Source: an uncultured virus (IMG/VR IMGVR_UViG_3300027816_000082)
Lineage: Duplodnaviria > Heunggongvirae > Uroviricota > Caudoviricetes
Strand: one strand, 5' to 3'
Virus record (IMG/VR): IMGVR_UViG_3300027816_000082
DNA length: 37,833 nt
Positions within the stretch are counted from its first letter, which is position 1, and each line of letters begins with the position of its first letter. The notes under the pieces are model-generated. The model was given only the letters and a program-made list of their open reading frames with translations, had not been told where the DNA came from and searched no databases. Shown piece by piece: positions 26,695 through 37,400 of the stretch. The translations under genes and the position numbers were made by a program.

Positions 26695-28977
26695 ATGCCA
26701 AATTTAACAGTATCAAACGTAATTGACACATTTATGCAATCTGCTACTCAAGCAGATGCTCGTACAGCTTTAGGTATATCCAGTATAGTAGGTAGTTCCG
26801 GTTCTGCTGGATCAAGCGGCAATTCAGGTACAAATGGAAGTAGTGGAAGTTCAGGCACAACGGGTACAAGTGGTAGTTCTGGATCAAGTGGTACATCAGG
26901 TAATAGTGGTACACACGGTACAAGTGGTGAAAATGGAAGTAGTGGTACAAGTGGTACCAGCGGCGTCAGTGGTATTTCAGGCGGTGCAATTTTATATTTT
27001 AATACGTCTGTACCACAATCTCCATACAAAGAAATTTCTATAACGCCTACCGGTAACATTGAAATAACTTCTAGTATCTTTATTGCTAGTGGTAGTACGT
27101 CAATATTAGAATCATATCAAACTCCTGTTGGATATCCAAATGTAACCAGTATTCCGGCCGGTATTTGGTCAATGTTTTTACACACGTCAAAACTAAACGC
27201 TTCGTCATCATTTGAAATATCAACAGACGTTTATGCTAGATCAGGTAGTTCAGAGGTTTATTTGTTTTCTACAGATCCAGTAGATGTTACGTCGGTTTTG
27301 GTGCCTAGTATGGTTATAACCGATGTATATGAGTCGGGATATAGTCTGTCCACACAAGATAGAATTGTAGTAAAGATTATAGCTAAAAATAAAAATGTCT
27401 TTACAGACAAAATAACTTTTTATACCGAAGGACAGTTACATTATTCATATTCACAAACTACACTCGGTTCCGTTAGTGGTACAAGTGGTAGTAGCGGTAC
27501 AAGCGGCATTAATGGTAGCAGTGGTACAGGTGGTAGTAGTGGTAGTAGCGGTACAACCGGTAGTAGTGGATCATCTGGTAGTAGTGGTAGTAGCGGTACA
27601 AGTGGTACAACAGGTACAAGTGGTAGCAGCGGTACAAGTGGCAGCAGTGGTACGTCAGGTACAAGTGGCACAACCGGCAGTAGTGGTAGTAGCGGTACAA
27701 CCGGCAGTAGTGGTACAAGTGGAATTAGTGGCAGTAGTGGCAGTAGTGGCAGTAGTGGCAGTAGTGGCAGTAGTGGTACCAGTGGTGTAGGAGGTAGCAG
27801 TGGTACAAGCGGCATTAGTGGTAGCAGTGGCACAAGTGGCACAGTTGGAAGTAGTGGTAGTAGCGGTACAAGTGGAAGTAGTGGCAGCAGTGGTAGCAGT
27901 GGTGTAGGAGGTAGCAGCGGTAGTAGTGGTTTAAATGGAAGTAGTGGTACAAGCGGTACTACCGGTAGCAGTGGTACAAGCGGTAGTAGCGGTAGCAGTG
28001 GCATTGGTAGTAGTGGCAGTGCTGGTTCAGCTGGTACAGGTGGTAGTAGTGGTACCAGTTTTGGTACGAGTGGTAGTAGCGGCAGTAGTGGTACAGGAAT
28101 AAGCGGATCTGCCGGATCCGCTGGTACGGGTGGTAGTAGTGGTACCAGTTTTGGTACGAGTGGTAGTAGTGGAACTGACGGCACAAGCGGTAGTAGTGGA
28201 ACTACCGGTACAAGTGGAAGTAGTGGAACTACCGGTACAAGCGGTAGTAGCGGTACAAGTGGAATTGGTGGTAGTAGTGGTACAAGTGGTAGCAGTGGAA
28301 CTACCGGTACAAGTGGTAGCAGTGGAACCACCGGTACAAGTGGTAGCAGCGGTAGTAGTGGTACAAGCGGAATTAGTGGCAGTAGTGGTACAAGCGGAAT
28401 TAGTGGCAGTAGTGGCAGTAGTGGCAGTAGTGGTACCAGTGGTGTAGGAGGTAGCAGTGGTACAAGCGGCATTAGTGGTAGCAGTGGCACAAGTGGCACG
28501 GTTGGTAGTAGTGGCACAAGCGGAGTCGGCGTTCCATCAGGCGGCACTACCAATCAAGTATTAGCAAAAGCAAGCAATGCCGATTACGATACTACATGGG
28601 TAAATCAAACCGGTGGCGGCGGCGGTAGCAGTGGTAGTAGTGGTAGTAGTGGTAGTAGTGTAAGTGTATCAGGTACTTTAAATAGAGTAATTAAATTTAC
28701 AAGTTCAAGTACTATTGGGGATACGACAGCTCCATTAAGCGAATTTTCTGGAAGCATAGGTATAGGTGTTATTACGTCGTCAAATATATCTAATAAATTA
28801 CACGTTTCTTCTTCAAGTAATCCGGTAAGACTGGAAGGATTGGTTTCTTCTTCAAATGATACTAGATTTATGTCTGTAAACGCAACCGGCGTTATAAGAT
28901 TTAGAAATATTACTATAGGTACCGCTTCACCTACAGGCGGGTATGACGGCGATATATACTTACAATATACCCCATAA
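26695..28977 (+). CDS. Gly-X-Y (Ser/Thr) repeat fibre protein
   Basis: Two GSS/GTS tracts flanking a globular domain; GGTTNQVLAKASNADYDTTW; C-terminal ITIGTASPTGGYDGDIYLQY fibre-tip motif. Confidence 0.85.
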   Translation: MPNLTVSNVIDTFMQSATQADARTALGISSIVGSSGSAGSSGNSGTNGSSGSSGTTGTSGSSGSSGTSGNSGTHGTSGENGSSGTSGTSGVSGISGGAILYFNTSVPQSPYKEISITPTGNIEITSSIFIASGSTSILESYQTPVGYPNVTSIPAGIWSMFLHTSKLNASSSFEISTDVYARSGSSEVYLFSTDPVDVTSVLVPSMVITDVYESGYSLSTQDRIVVKIIAKNKNVFTDKITFYTEGQLHYSYSQTTLGSVSGTSGSSGTSGINGSSGTGGSSGSSGTTGSSGSSGSSGSSGTSGTTGTSGSSGTSGSSGTSGTSGTTGSSGSSGTTGSSGTSGISGSSGSSGSSGSSGSSGTSGVGGSSGTSGISGSSGTSGTVGSSGSSGTSGSSGSSGSSGVGGSSGSSGLNGSSGTSGTTGSSGTSGSSGSSGIGSSGSAGSAGTGGSSGTSFGTSGSSGSSGTGISGSAGSAGTGGSSGTSFGTSGSSGTDGTSGSSGTTGTSGSSGTTGTSGSSGTSGIGGSSGTSGSSGTTGTSGSSGTTGTSGSSGSSGTSGISGSSGTSGISGSSGSSGSSGTSGVGGSSGTSGISGSSGTSGTVGSSGTSGVGVPSGGTTNQVLAKASNADYDTTWVNQTGGGGGSSGSSGSSGSSVSVSGTLNRVIKFTSSSTIGDTTAPLSEFSGSIGIGVITSSNISNKLHVSSSSNPVRLEGLVSSSNDTRFMSVNATGVIRFRNITIGTASPTGGYDGDIYLQYTP
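27478..28530 (+). repeat. 9-bp-period coding repeat (Gly-Ser/Thr-Ser/Thr)n
   Basis: ggt/ggc-agt/aca-agt units; internal duplication 27712-27846 versus 28387-28503. Confidence 0.95.
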
Positions 28978-29035
28978 AAATAAAATAAAAATAAAAAACA
29001 TATAAAATAAAGATACTTATATTATATAATATTTT

Positions 29036-31882
29036 ATGCCTACAATTGCAAGTAATACATTAAGTTTACAAACAGATATTCCTACATGGGAGTGGACACG
29101 GTTTGCGCCTGCCGTAAGTTCAGCGATCAGTTCAACTTGTGCAGCCGACAACGGTGATTTTAATCAAGCTGAATATGGTAGATACATTTACTATTTAATC
29201 AGTGCCACACAATTTTTTAGGTATGATACATGGACAGATATGTATCAACAATTGTCGTCACCTCCGATTGCACCTGCAACATTTAGTTCAATGAAATTTT
29301 CAGGTGGGTTGGGCCCCGAAGGCATTACAATTGCAGCTACATCAAATTCTATAACAGTTGCTGCTGTAACAATGCAAAGTATGGTCGGTTATGATATTGT
29401 TATCGTATCTGGCACGGGTGCTGGTCAACGCCGTACAATTACCGCCGTGGCGGATCCGATTGCTATTGATACCGGAGTTGTAACTGCTGTTAGCAACACC
29501 ATCGGTTCGCTAAACATTACCGATAGTACTAAATCTTGGAGTGGAAATATTCATGCTAATTATTCATTGCGTATAACAGGTAACACGGGTGTTAGCCAAA
29601 TTCGTCGTATATTGTCAAATACAGCGACCGTTATAACGATGGGCGATACGACTCAGGCGAATAAATATTGGAATAATCCTGCTGTTTTTTCTCCGGCTAT
29701 CGTTGCAACGGCAGGTTCTCAAGCGGTGTATGCAATTGAATCTCAAACATTAACCGTTGACAGTGCTTGGTCCGTTACACCGGACAGTACATCTGTTTAT
29801 CGTATACAGTCTGGTATGGTAGGTTTAGTTAGTAGTGCAGCTGCTACACCATTTCATACCGTTCAAGCGTATGATATACTTACTGATATTTGGTACGTAT
29901 TACCAGCATATACAAACATGTTTGCAGCGGTTGGTACAGATTGTACGATTGAAAGAACAACGGAAAATTCGTCTATTTGGTATAGAGGTAAAGCTAGTTC
30001 CGGCACAACAACTACTCTTGTAGATAATACTCTAGGTGTTAGTATGGCTGCGTGGTCAACAAATCAATGGTTAAATTATTGGGTCTATATTTATTCTGGA
30101 ACAGGCGAAGGACAGATTCGTCAAATTGTAAGTAATACATCAAATACATTAACGTGGTCAAGTGCAGGTACCGCGCCCGATAGTACGAGTAGATATTTTA
30201 TCATAGGATTTGACGCTGGCATAGCTACGTCAGGTGCATCAACTTCTATCACGGACAGTACGAAATCTTGGTCCGTTAATCGTTGGACAAATTATGTAGT
30301 ACGTATTATGTCCGGTACAGGCGCTGGACAAGTTCGTCCTATTGCTAGCAATACATCCACAGCAATTACAATAATTGGTTCGTGGGATACAAATCCTGAC
30401 AATACATCCGTATATACAATACAAGGAGATCCCGGTAAAGTATATATACAATTAGGCGGTATAGCCGGCATGTTGATTCATAATTTAGATTCAATGGTTG
30501 AAAGTTGGGGTCGTCAACAAGATTTTGGAATAGCAAGAAATGCTTCTGCTACGGTTGCTGGTAATTTACCAATTGCTATATCAACGTTAGCTAATGCTAC
30601 AACTACAGCTACCGTGACAACTGCACATCCTCATCAATTTAGAATTGGTGATCTTGTAACTGTTAGAGGTGCAACCGACTCTAACTTCAACGTAACAAAT
30701 GTTGTGATTGCTACTGTACCTACCGCAACTTCATTCACATACACGATGGCCGGTACACCAGCGGTTACTACAATCGTTGGTTCACAAAGCACAACAACGT
30801 TAACTGACGCAACAAAGAATTGGACCACAAATCAATGGGCTGGATTTACAGTTTATTTAAATACAGCCGCTGTTACCGCTGCTTCTGGTCTATCGACTGG
30901 TCAAGGTGTACGTATAGCAAGTAATACAGCAACAACATTAACATTTGTTGGTGTTGGTAATGCTCCTATAAACGGAGTATCTCGTTATAGTATTTGTGCG
31001 TCTTCTGCAATTGGTGCGGCAGATAGTGGTGTCGCGACAGGAACGCAAAGCACAACAACATTACAAGATACGACAAAAGTGGGTTCATTTACTGTAAATA
31101 ATACTCTAAATAGTACAACAATCACGGTTACGGCTGTTGCATCTGGTCAATTGTTTGTCGGTCACGCTGTATCGGGTACAGGTATTCCTACTGGCACAGT
31201 AATTATTTCATTTGGAACGGGTACCGGTGGTGCTGGAACATACACTATTAGTCAAGCGTGTACAAGTACAAATACAGGTATAACTATGACTTCTGGATGG
31301 GTAGTAAACGGATATGCGGGTAAACGTGTTCGTATTCTTACTTCCGTAGGTGCTGGTCCACAAGAACTTGCAATCACTAGCAATACTAATAATACATTAA
31401 CATTTTCTACTGCCACCGCGCCCACAAATGGTGTTAGTGGATATGTAATATTAGAATCTACTGTAAAAAGCACTGGTACAAGTATGAATTGGGCTTTCGG
31501 TACGAGTGATTCAAATATACGCGGTAGATATGCGTATATTGTTCGTGGAGGTGGTGTTATTGGATTTGATCGATGGGATTTAACCACCGATAGATTTAAT
31601 TTAATGTTTACGTCACCCGCAACAGAAACATTAACGACCGGAACTATGACAGCATACGATGGTATGGATCGTATATTCTTCCATAAGGACGCTACACAAC
31701 GTGTATATTCATTGGATGTTGTAACAGGAAAAATTAATGGTGGTGGTATGTTCCCATACGTCGCGCCGACCGCTGTACTGGGAAATCGTATGGAGATATT
31801 TACTACCAAAGATGGATTAAAGTATATGTGGTTAAATCGTTCTTCATTTCAAGAATGTTTTAGATGTTTAATATTTTGGTAA
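29036..31882 (+). CDS. Large beta-rich virion adhesin/appendage protein (propeller-like scaffold with repeated inserted domains)
   Basis: About six repeats of I..GTGAGQ.R.I.SNT...LT..W...PD.TS.Y.I; Kelch-like FFRYDTWTDMY, FDRWDLTTDRF, VYSLDVVT segments. Confidence 0.7.
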   Translation: MPTIASNTLSLQTDIPTWEWTRFAPAVSSAISSTCAADNGDFNQAEYGRYIYYLISATQFFRYDTWTDMYQQLSSPPIAPATFSSMKFSGGLGPEGITIAATSNSITVAAVTMQSMVGYDIVIVSGTGAGQRRTITAVADPIAIDTGVVTAVSNTIGSLNITDSTKSWSGNIHANYSLRITGNTGVSQIRRILSNTATVITMGDTTQANKYWNNPAVFSPAIVATAGSQAVYAIESQTLTVDSAWSVTPDSTSVYRIQSGMVGLVSSAAATPFHTVQAYDILTDIWYVLPAYTNMFAAVGTDCTIERTTENSSIWYRGKASSGTTTTLVDNTLGVSMAAWSTNQWLNYWVYIYSGTGEGQIRQIVSNTSNTLTWSSAGTAPDSTSRYFIIGFDAGIATSGASTSITDSTKSWSVNRWTNYVVRIMSGTGAGQVRPIASNTSTAITIIGSWDTNPDNTSVYTIQGDPGKVYIQLGGIAGMLIHNLDSMVESWGRQQDFGIARNASATVAGNLPIAISTLANATTTATVTTAHPHQFRIGDLVTVRGATDSNFNVTNVVIATVPTATSFTYTMAGTPAVTTIVGSQSTTTLTDATKNWTTNQWAGFTVYLNTAAVTAASGLSTGQGVRIASNTATTLTFVGVGNAPINGVSRYSICASSAIGAADSGVATGTQSTTTLQDTTKVGSFTVNNTLNSTTITVTAVASGQLFVGHAVSGTGIPTGTVIISFGTGTGGAGTYTISQACTSTNTGITMTSGWVVNGYAGKRVRILTSVGAGPQELAITSNTNNTLTFSTATAPTNGVSGYVILESTVKSTGTSMNWAFGTSDSNIRGRYAYIVRGGGVIGFDRWDLTTDRFNLMFTSPATETLTTGTMTAYDGMDRIFFHKDATQRVYSLDVVTGKINGGGMFPYVAPTAVLGNRMEIFTTKDGLKYMWLNRSSFQECFRCLIFW

Positions 31883-31922
31883 AATAAAATAGAAATATAT
31901 AGATTAATAATATTTATATTAT

Positions 31923-32381
31923 ATGGCAGATAACGTAGGATATACACCGGGTGTAGGAGCAACAGTAGCCGCTGACGATATTGGAGGCATACTTTATCAA
32001 CGCATCAAACCAACGTTTGGTGGCGACGGCGTAGCAATCGATGTTAGTGTTGATAATCCGTATCCTGTTGTTTCCAATCGTAACGATTCACTTTTAGCGT
32101 TGATGCAACGGTTAGTAAAGGTGAATGAATCAAGTCAAGTTGTTGATTCAGCACAACGTCAACGTATCACAATTGATTCTATAACCGCTGGCGTCGCGCT
32201 TCCAACAGTTACCACAGTTACCACAGTTACCACAGTTACCACAGTTACCACAGTCACTACAGTCACTACAGTATCATCGATTACAAATATAGCAGGTATT
32301 GGTACTGATCAAGCACAATTATTAACAAGAGGATCTAACACATCTGCTTGGTATGATATAGTAAGAAGTAGAATAACATAA
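31923..32381 (+). CDS. Small virion protein with a (TTV)n tract
   Basis: MADNVGYTPGVGATVAADDIGG; TATTTATA at 31911-31918. Confidence 0.75.
   Translation: MADNVGYTPGVGATVAADDIGGILYQRIKPTFGGDGVAIDVSVDNPYPVVSNRNDSLLALMQRLVKVNESSQVVDSAQRQRITIDSITAGVALPTVTTVTTVTTVTTVTTVTTVTTVSSITNIAGIGTDQAQLLTRGSNTSAWYDIVRSRIT
32202..32273 (+). repeat. 8 x 9-bp tandem repeat encoding (xTV)8
   Basis: accacagtt units and variants. Confidence 0.95.
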
Positions 32382-32400
32382 ATATTAAATTTTTTTATAC

Positions 32401-34008
32401 ATGGCAAATACATTTAAAAAAGTAATAGATCGTTTAATGTGGATACAAGTTCCGTCCGCACCGAATGCACATGCGGCTGCAACGTCAATGACAAGTGATC
32501 TCAGAAATGATACGTCACGTAATCCATTTGCATATCAATTAGTATCTAATACTGTATTGAATAGACAAAATATAATTACAAAAGGTTGGTCACTTGTAGT
32601 GTCGCCTGCTTTAGCAGGTACGTTTGGCGCTGGTTCTGCTATGACATTCGCCCCCAGCTTCGGTGCTGTAGGCACAATCGCGGCTGGTGCTACAACTACA
32701 TCAGTAATATTATCAACAGCACTCGCAACCGCTGTAGGAACAAATATGTTAGCAAATCGTGGTGGTAGTGGTGATTACGGTTTTAAAATAAGAATTATAG
32801 GATTTGGTTCGGGAAAAACCGAAGAAAGATATATTGTAGCAAATACATCCGGTACCACACCTACAATTAACGTAGATTCTCCTTTTACGTTTACACCTGC
32901 TTCAGGTGACAGATATGAAATTTTGGGAGGTCGTGTATTTATGTTGGGAGCCGGTACAACTGCTTCCAATATTTGGAGAAGTTTTGAAGTAGCTACAAAT
33001 ACTTTATCTACAGGTTTAAGTACAACCGGATTACCTGCTACAATTGCAACTGATAGTGATTTTGTTACTTTAGACGAACAATATGTGCCTTATACGTTGA
33101 TACCCGGTGAAGGAATGATAGTTGGATCAGGTACGTATAATAGCGGCAGTTTAAACTGTTTAACAGCTACAGCAACTGGTGCAAGTAGTTTAACAGGTCA
33201 ATCATCTGGAGGAGACGCTGTAGTTGCAATTAATGAATATCGTAATTTTCAAATAAGAATTGTTGAAGATACTGGTACTCCTGCCGCGGTGGGTCAACGT
33301 AGAATTATAGCATCGCATACAGCGGGGACGAGTCCTGTATATACACTTGGTACGGCTTGGTCTACACAACCATCTAGTACAGCTAAATATGTAATTGAAC
33401 TACCAAATTTAATTTTATTAAGAAGTTCAGGTACCACCACCGTTTACACGTGGAATTATACAGATGCATCTATAAACAACGGTACAAATACTATAGCTTC
33501 AAATGCTTGGTCTACAACTTATTTTGGAGTGGCACCGGCAGTAAATGCAAGTGGTGGCGTTTGGTCTCCTAGTTTTGGAATTGTCCCAGACGTTGCTAGA
33601 AATGCAAGACACAGTTTTTGTTATTTCTTTAGAGGCGGCGCTACTACTTTAGACCTACTTGATATAGCCGGTGGTACTACAGGCAATTGGACCGGTAACA
33701 TAACATATGATGGAGGCGTTGCATTAACCGTAGGCACATGTGGTGCTTATGCTCCCTTTGGAAGTGAAGGTAGAATGTTTTACATGAATATATATACAGC
33801 ATCCGCTGTTAATCAAATTTTTAGATTCGACGTTCAAAATCGTGTATTGAGTCCATATGTGCCGACGGATTATTTACAGGCAGGTACAGCAGCTGTAGGT
33901 AAACGTTTAGCCGCATATTGTGCTATAGATGGATCCGATAAATACGATGTTATATTGTTACAATCACATTTAACAGCTGTTAATAATGAATTAATTGTTT
34001 TAGTATAA
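32401..34008 (+). CDS. Beta-rich virion adhesin/appendage protein, distant paralogue of 29036-31882
   Basis: Shares the IRI..GQRRII.S.T....AW...P.ST.KY.I repeat and a similar N-terminal W...AP segment. Confidence 0.7.
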   Translation: MANTFKKVIDRLMWIQVPSAPNAHAAATSMTSDLRNDTSRNPFAYQLVSNTVLNRQNIITKGWSLVVSPALAGTFGAGSAMTFAPSFGAVGTIAAGATTTSVILSTALATAVGTNMLANRGGSGDYGFKIRIIGFGSGKTEERYIVANTSGTTPTINVDSPFTFTPASGDRYEILGGRVFMLGAGTTASNIWRSFEVATNTLSTGLSTTGLPATIATDSDFVTLDEQYVPYTLIPGEGMIVGSGTYNSGSLNCLTATATGASSLTGQSSGGDAVVAINEYRNFQIRIVEDTGTPAAVGQRRIIASHTAGTSPVYTLGTAWSTQPSSTAKYVIELPNLILLRSSGTTTVYTWNYTDASINNGTNTIASNAWSTTYFGVAPAVNASGGVWSPSFGIVPDVARNARHSFCYFFRGGATTLDLLDIAGGTTGNWTGNITYDGGVALTVGTCGAYAPFGSEGRMFYMNIYTASAVNQIFRFDVQNRVLSPYVPTDYLQAGTAAVGKRLAAYCAIDGSDKYDVILLQSHLTAVNNELIVLV

Positions 34009-34025
34009 AATTTCTAAAACTAACT

Positions 34026-34187
34026 ATGACTATTAACGACTTAATAAATTTTTGTAACACTCGTTTAGAGTTTCTAAAAGCTTTAAAAATATCATATATT
34101 CAATTAGGAGATTATGATATGATAAATAAAATTGAGGCTCAAATATTGGAAACCGAAAATACATTAAATCAATTAAGAAATTCTTAA
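34026..34187 (+). CDS. 53-aa helical hypothetical protein (absent from the ORF track)
   Basis: MTINDLINFCNTRLEFLKALKISYIQLGDYDMINKIEAQILETENTLNQLRNS*; fills the gap in operon orientation. Confidence 0.7.
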   Translation: MTINDLINFCNTRLEFLKALKISYIQLGDYDMINKIEAQILETENTLNQLRNS

Positions 34188-34201
34188 TTTTCTGAAATAT
34201 T

Positions 34202-34360
34202 ATGTTATTAACAATTTTATCCAATCAAGGAGCGGCTCCACCACAGAAGTTTTGGGTAAAAGTAGCGGGCGTTTGGAAGCTGGCTACAGCTTATATAAAA
34301 ATAAGCGGGGTGTGGAAAGTAACTACTCCGTTTGTTAAAGTATCAGGTGCTTGGAAATAA
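34202..34360 (+). CDS. 52-aa protein with three xVKVxGxWK repeats (fibre-tip adaptor-like; absent from the ORF track)
   Basis: MLLTILSNQGAAPPQKFWVKVAGVWKLATAYIKISGVWKVTTPFVKVSGAWK*. Confidence 0.75.
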   Translation: MLLTILSNQGAAPPQKFWVKVAGVWKLATAYIKISGVWKVTTPFVKVSGAWK

Positions 34361-34414
34361 TATTATAAAAAATTGTTATTATATATAACTAAATTAGTTT
34401 TATATTTATAACAA

Positions 34415-37400
34415 ATGGCAAGTTGTAATCATAATATTTGTCCTCCAAATGCGTGTACTTTAACTAACGCAATAAAGGATTATAAAAAAGCTAGATCAGG
34501 CATAAATGATGCTAGCTTAAAACCTTTTCTTAAAATAATAGAATCTTTACAGGCTGAAATTGCTTGTGGTGGAGGAGGTGGTGGTAATTGTGATTCGGGT
34601 ATATATAAAGAGTTTTCTACTCCGTCTACTATTTGGAATTTTGATCATAATCTATCCTCAGCAATTGTAATAATACAAGTATATGACAACGATTTTAATC
34701 AATTAATTCCTACTACAATAGAACTTGTTAACAGTAATTTAGCTTTAATAAAATTTAGTACTAATGTCTCGGGATATGCCATAGCTGTAAAAGCATGTGG
34801 TAATGGTAGTAGTGGCACAAGTGGACAGACATATGGTACTAGTGGTAGTAGCGGTAGTATTGGTACCAGTGGCACCGGCGGTAGTAGTGGTACATCAGGT
34901 ACAGTTGGTAGTAGTGGATCTACTGGATCAGCGGGTACTGCTGGTACCGGAGGAAGCAGTGGCACCAGTTTTGGTACAAGTGGTACAAGCGGAAGTAGTG
35001 GTATAATTGGTAGCAGTGGCAGTAGCGGCACGAGCGGTACAAGTGGAACTACAGGTACAAGTGGAAGTAGTGGCACAACCGGTACAAGTGGTAGTAGTGG
35101 AACTACCGGCACAAGCGGTACAAGCGGAAGTAGTGGTATAATTGGCAGTAGTGGTAGTAGCGGTACCACAGGTAGTAGTGGTACAAGTGGTAGCAGTGGA
35201 ACTACCGGCACAAGTGGTAGTAGTGGAACTACAGGTACAAGTGGTAGCAGTGGAACTACAGGTACAAGTGGTAGCAGTGGTATAATTGGAAGCAGCGGTT
35301 CTTCTGGATCTACAGGATCCGCCGGTACAGGAGGTAGTAGTGGCACTAGTTTCGGTACAAGTGGTAGTAGTGGAACTACAGGTACAAGTGGCAGTTGTGG
35401 TAGCAGCGGAACTACCGGTACAAGTGGTAGCAGTGGTATAAGTGGTAGTAGTGGTAGCAACGGAACTACCGGTAGTAGCGGTAGCAGCGGATCTGCGGGT
35501 AGTAGTGGTACCAGTGGTACTAGTGGTAGTAGTGGTACCAGTGGTACGAGTGGTAGTAGCGGTAGTAGTGGATCATCCGGTACGAGTGGTAGTAGCGGTA
35601 GCAGTGGTAGTAGCGGCAGCGGTGGTAGTAGCGGTAGCACAGGATCCGCTGGTACAGGAGGCAGTAGTGGTACCAGTTTCGGTACAAGTGGTAGTAGTGG
35701 TATAACAGGCAGCAGTGGAACTACCGGCACAAGTGGTAGTAGCGGCACAACCGGCACAAGTGGTAGTAGTGGATCATCTGGTACGAGTGGTAGTAGTGGA
35801 TCATCCGGTACGAGTGGTAGTAGTGGATCATCCGGTACGAGTGGTAGTAGCGGAACTACCGGCACAAGTGGTTCTTCTGGTACAAGCGGTAGCAATGGTA
35901 CGGCAGGTACAAGTGGTATAAACGGAAGTAGTGGTTCTTCCGGTACAAGTGGAAGTAGCGGAACTACAGGTACAAGTGGAAGTAGCGGAACTACAGGTAC
36001 GAGCGGTAGTAGCGGAACTACAGGTACGAGCGGTAGTAGTGGTTCTTCCGGTACAAGTGGTAGCAATGGCACATCAGGTACTAGTGGTAGTAGTGGTAGT
36101 AGTGGAACTACCGGCACAAGTGGTAGTAGTGGAACTACAGGTACAAGTGGTAGCAGCGGAACTGCCGGTACTAGTGGTAGTAGCGGAACTGCCGGTACTG
36201 CCGGTACTAGTGGTAGCAGCGGAACTACCGGTACAAGTGGAAGTAGCGGAACTACCGGTACAAGTGGAAGTAGCGGAACTACAGGTACAAGTGGAAGTAG
36301 TGGATCATCTGGTACGAGTGGTAGTAGTGGATCATCTGGTACGAGTGGTAGTAATGGTACATCAGGTACAAGTGGAAGTAGTGGAACTACCGGTACAAGT
36401 GGAAGTAGTGGAACTACCGGTACAAGTGGAAGTAGTGGAACTACCGGTACAAGTGGATCATCCGGTACGAGTGGTAGTAGTGGAACTGCCGGTACAAGTG
36501 GTAGTAGTGGTAGTAGTGGTAGTAGTGGTAGTAGTGGATCAAGTGGATCTAGTGGTAGTAGCGGCACAACTGGTACAAGTGGTAGCAGTGGTTCAACCGG
36601 TTCAAGAGGCAGTAGCGGATCAAGTGGTAGCAGCGGAACTACCGGCACAAGTGGTAGCAGCGGAACTACCGGCACAAGTGGTAGTAGCGGAACTACCGGC
36701 ACAAGTGGTAGTAGTGGTACAAGCGGATCAAGTGGTAGTAGCGGCACAACTGGCACAAGTGGTAGTAGTGGTACAAGCGGATCAAGTGGTAGTAGCGGCA
36801 CAAGTGGTAGCAGTGGTTCAACCGGTTCAAGAGGCAGCAGCGGCACAACCGGTACAAGTGGTAGTAGTGGAAGTAGTGGCACAACCGGTACAAGTGGTAG
36901 TAGCGGTAGCAGTGGTAGCAGTGGTAGCAGTGGTAGCAGTGGCACAAGTGGCACAAGTGGCACAAGTGGCACAAGTGGCACAAGTGGCACAAGTGGCACA
37001 AGTGGCACAAGTGGCAGTAGCGGTAGTCGGGGACAATTCGGCGGTGATACCATGTTTTTAGTAGGTAAACAGTATTTACCAGGAACCCCAGTACCAACAT
37101 CCGGATCAATATTGTTTTATAATGATAATTTTGGTACTAATGTATCCATATATGTTTCTAGATACGATAAATTTGGAGCCGATTATAAAAAATGGCTTGA
37201 TACAATAGGCACTATAACCGGTTCTATAAAAGCAGGGGTTAAAGTAACAGATCTTGATACAGAAAATTCATTTGCACATTATTTAATTAGATCATCGTCG
37301 TATACCACTGTAGGAGGATATTATACTTTTAACGTAACAATTAACACATTAGGCCCTTCCGTAGGAAATTTTCCTTTTCAATCAGCGTTTACATTAGCTT

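Noticed and set aside
507..33000. Numerous short antisense or overlapping ORFs (e.g. 4828-5265, 6195-6593, 15334-15702, 31252-31809)
   Set aside because: They lie opposite or within well-supported genes and have no recognisable motifs or expression signals.
34033..34224. 63-aa minus-strand ORF
   Set aside because: It overlaps two better-supported plus-strand small genes that follow the operon direction.
34699..37053. 784-aa minus-strand Pro/Leu/Val ORF, and similar ORFs at 27441-28553 and 26748-27059
   Set aside because: Antisense shadows of Gly-Ser-Thr codons, which lack stops on the reverse strand. The plus-strand frame has a start, a promoter motif and globular domains.
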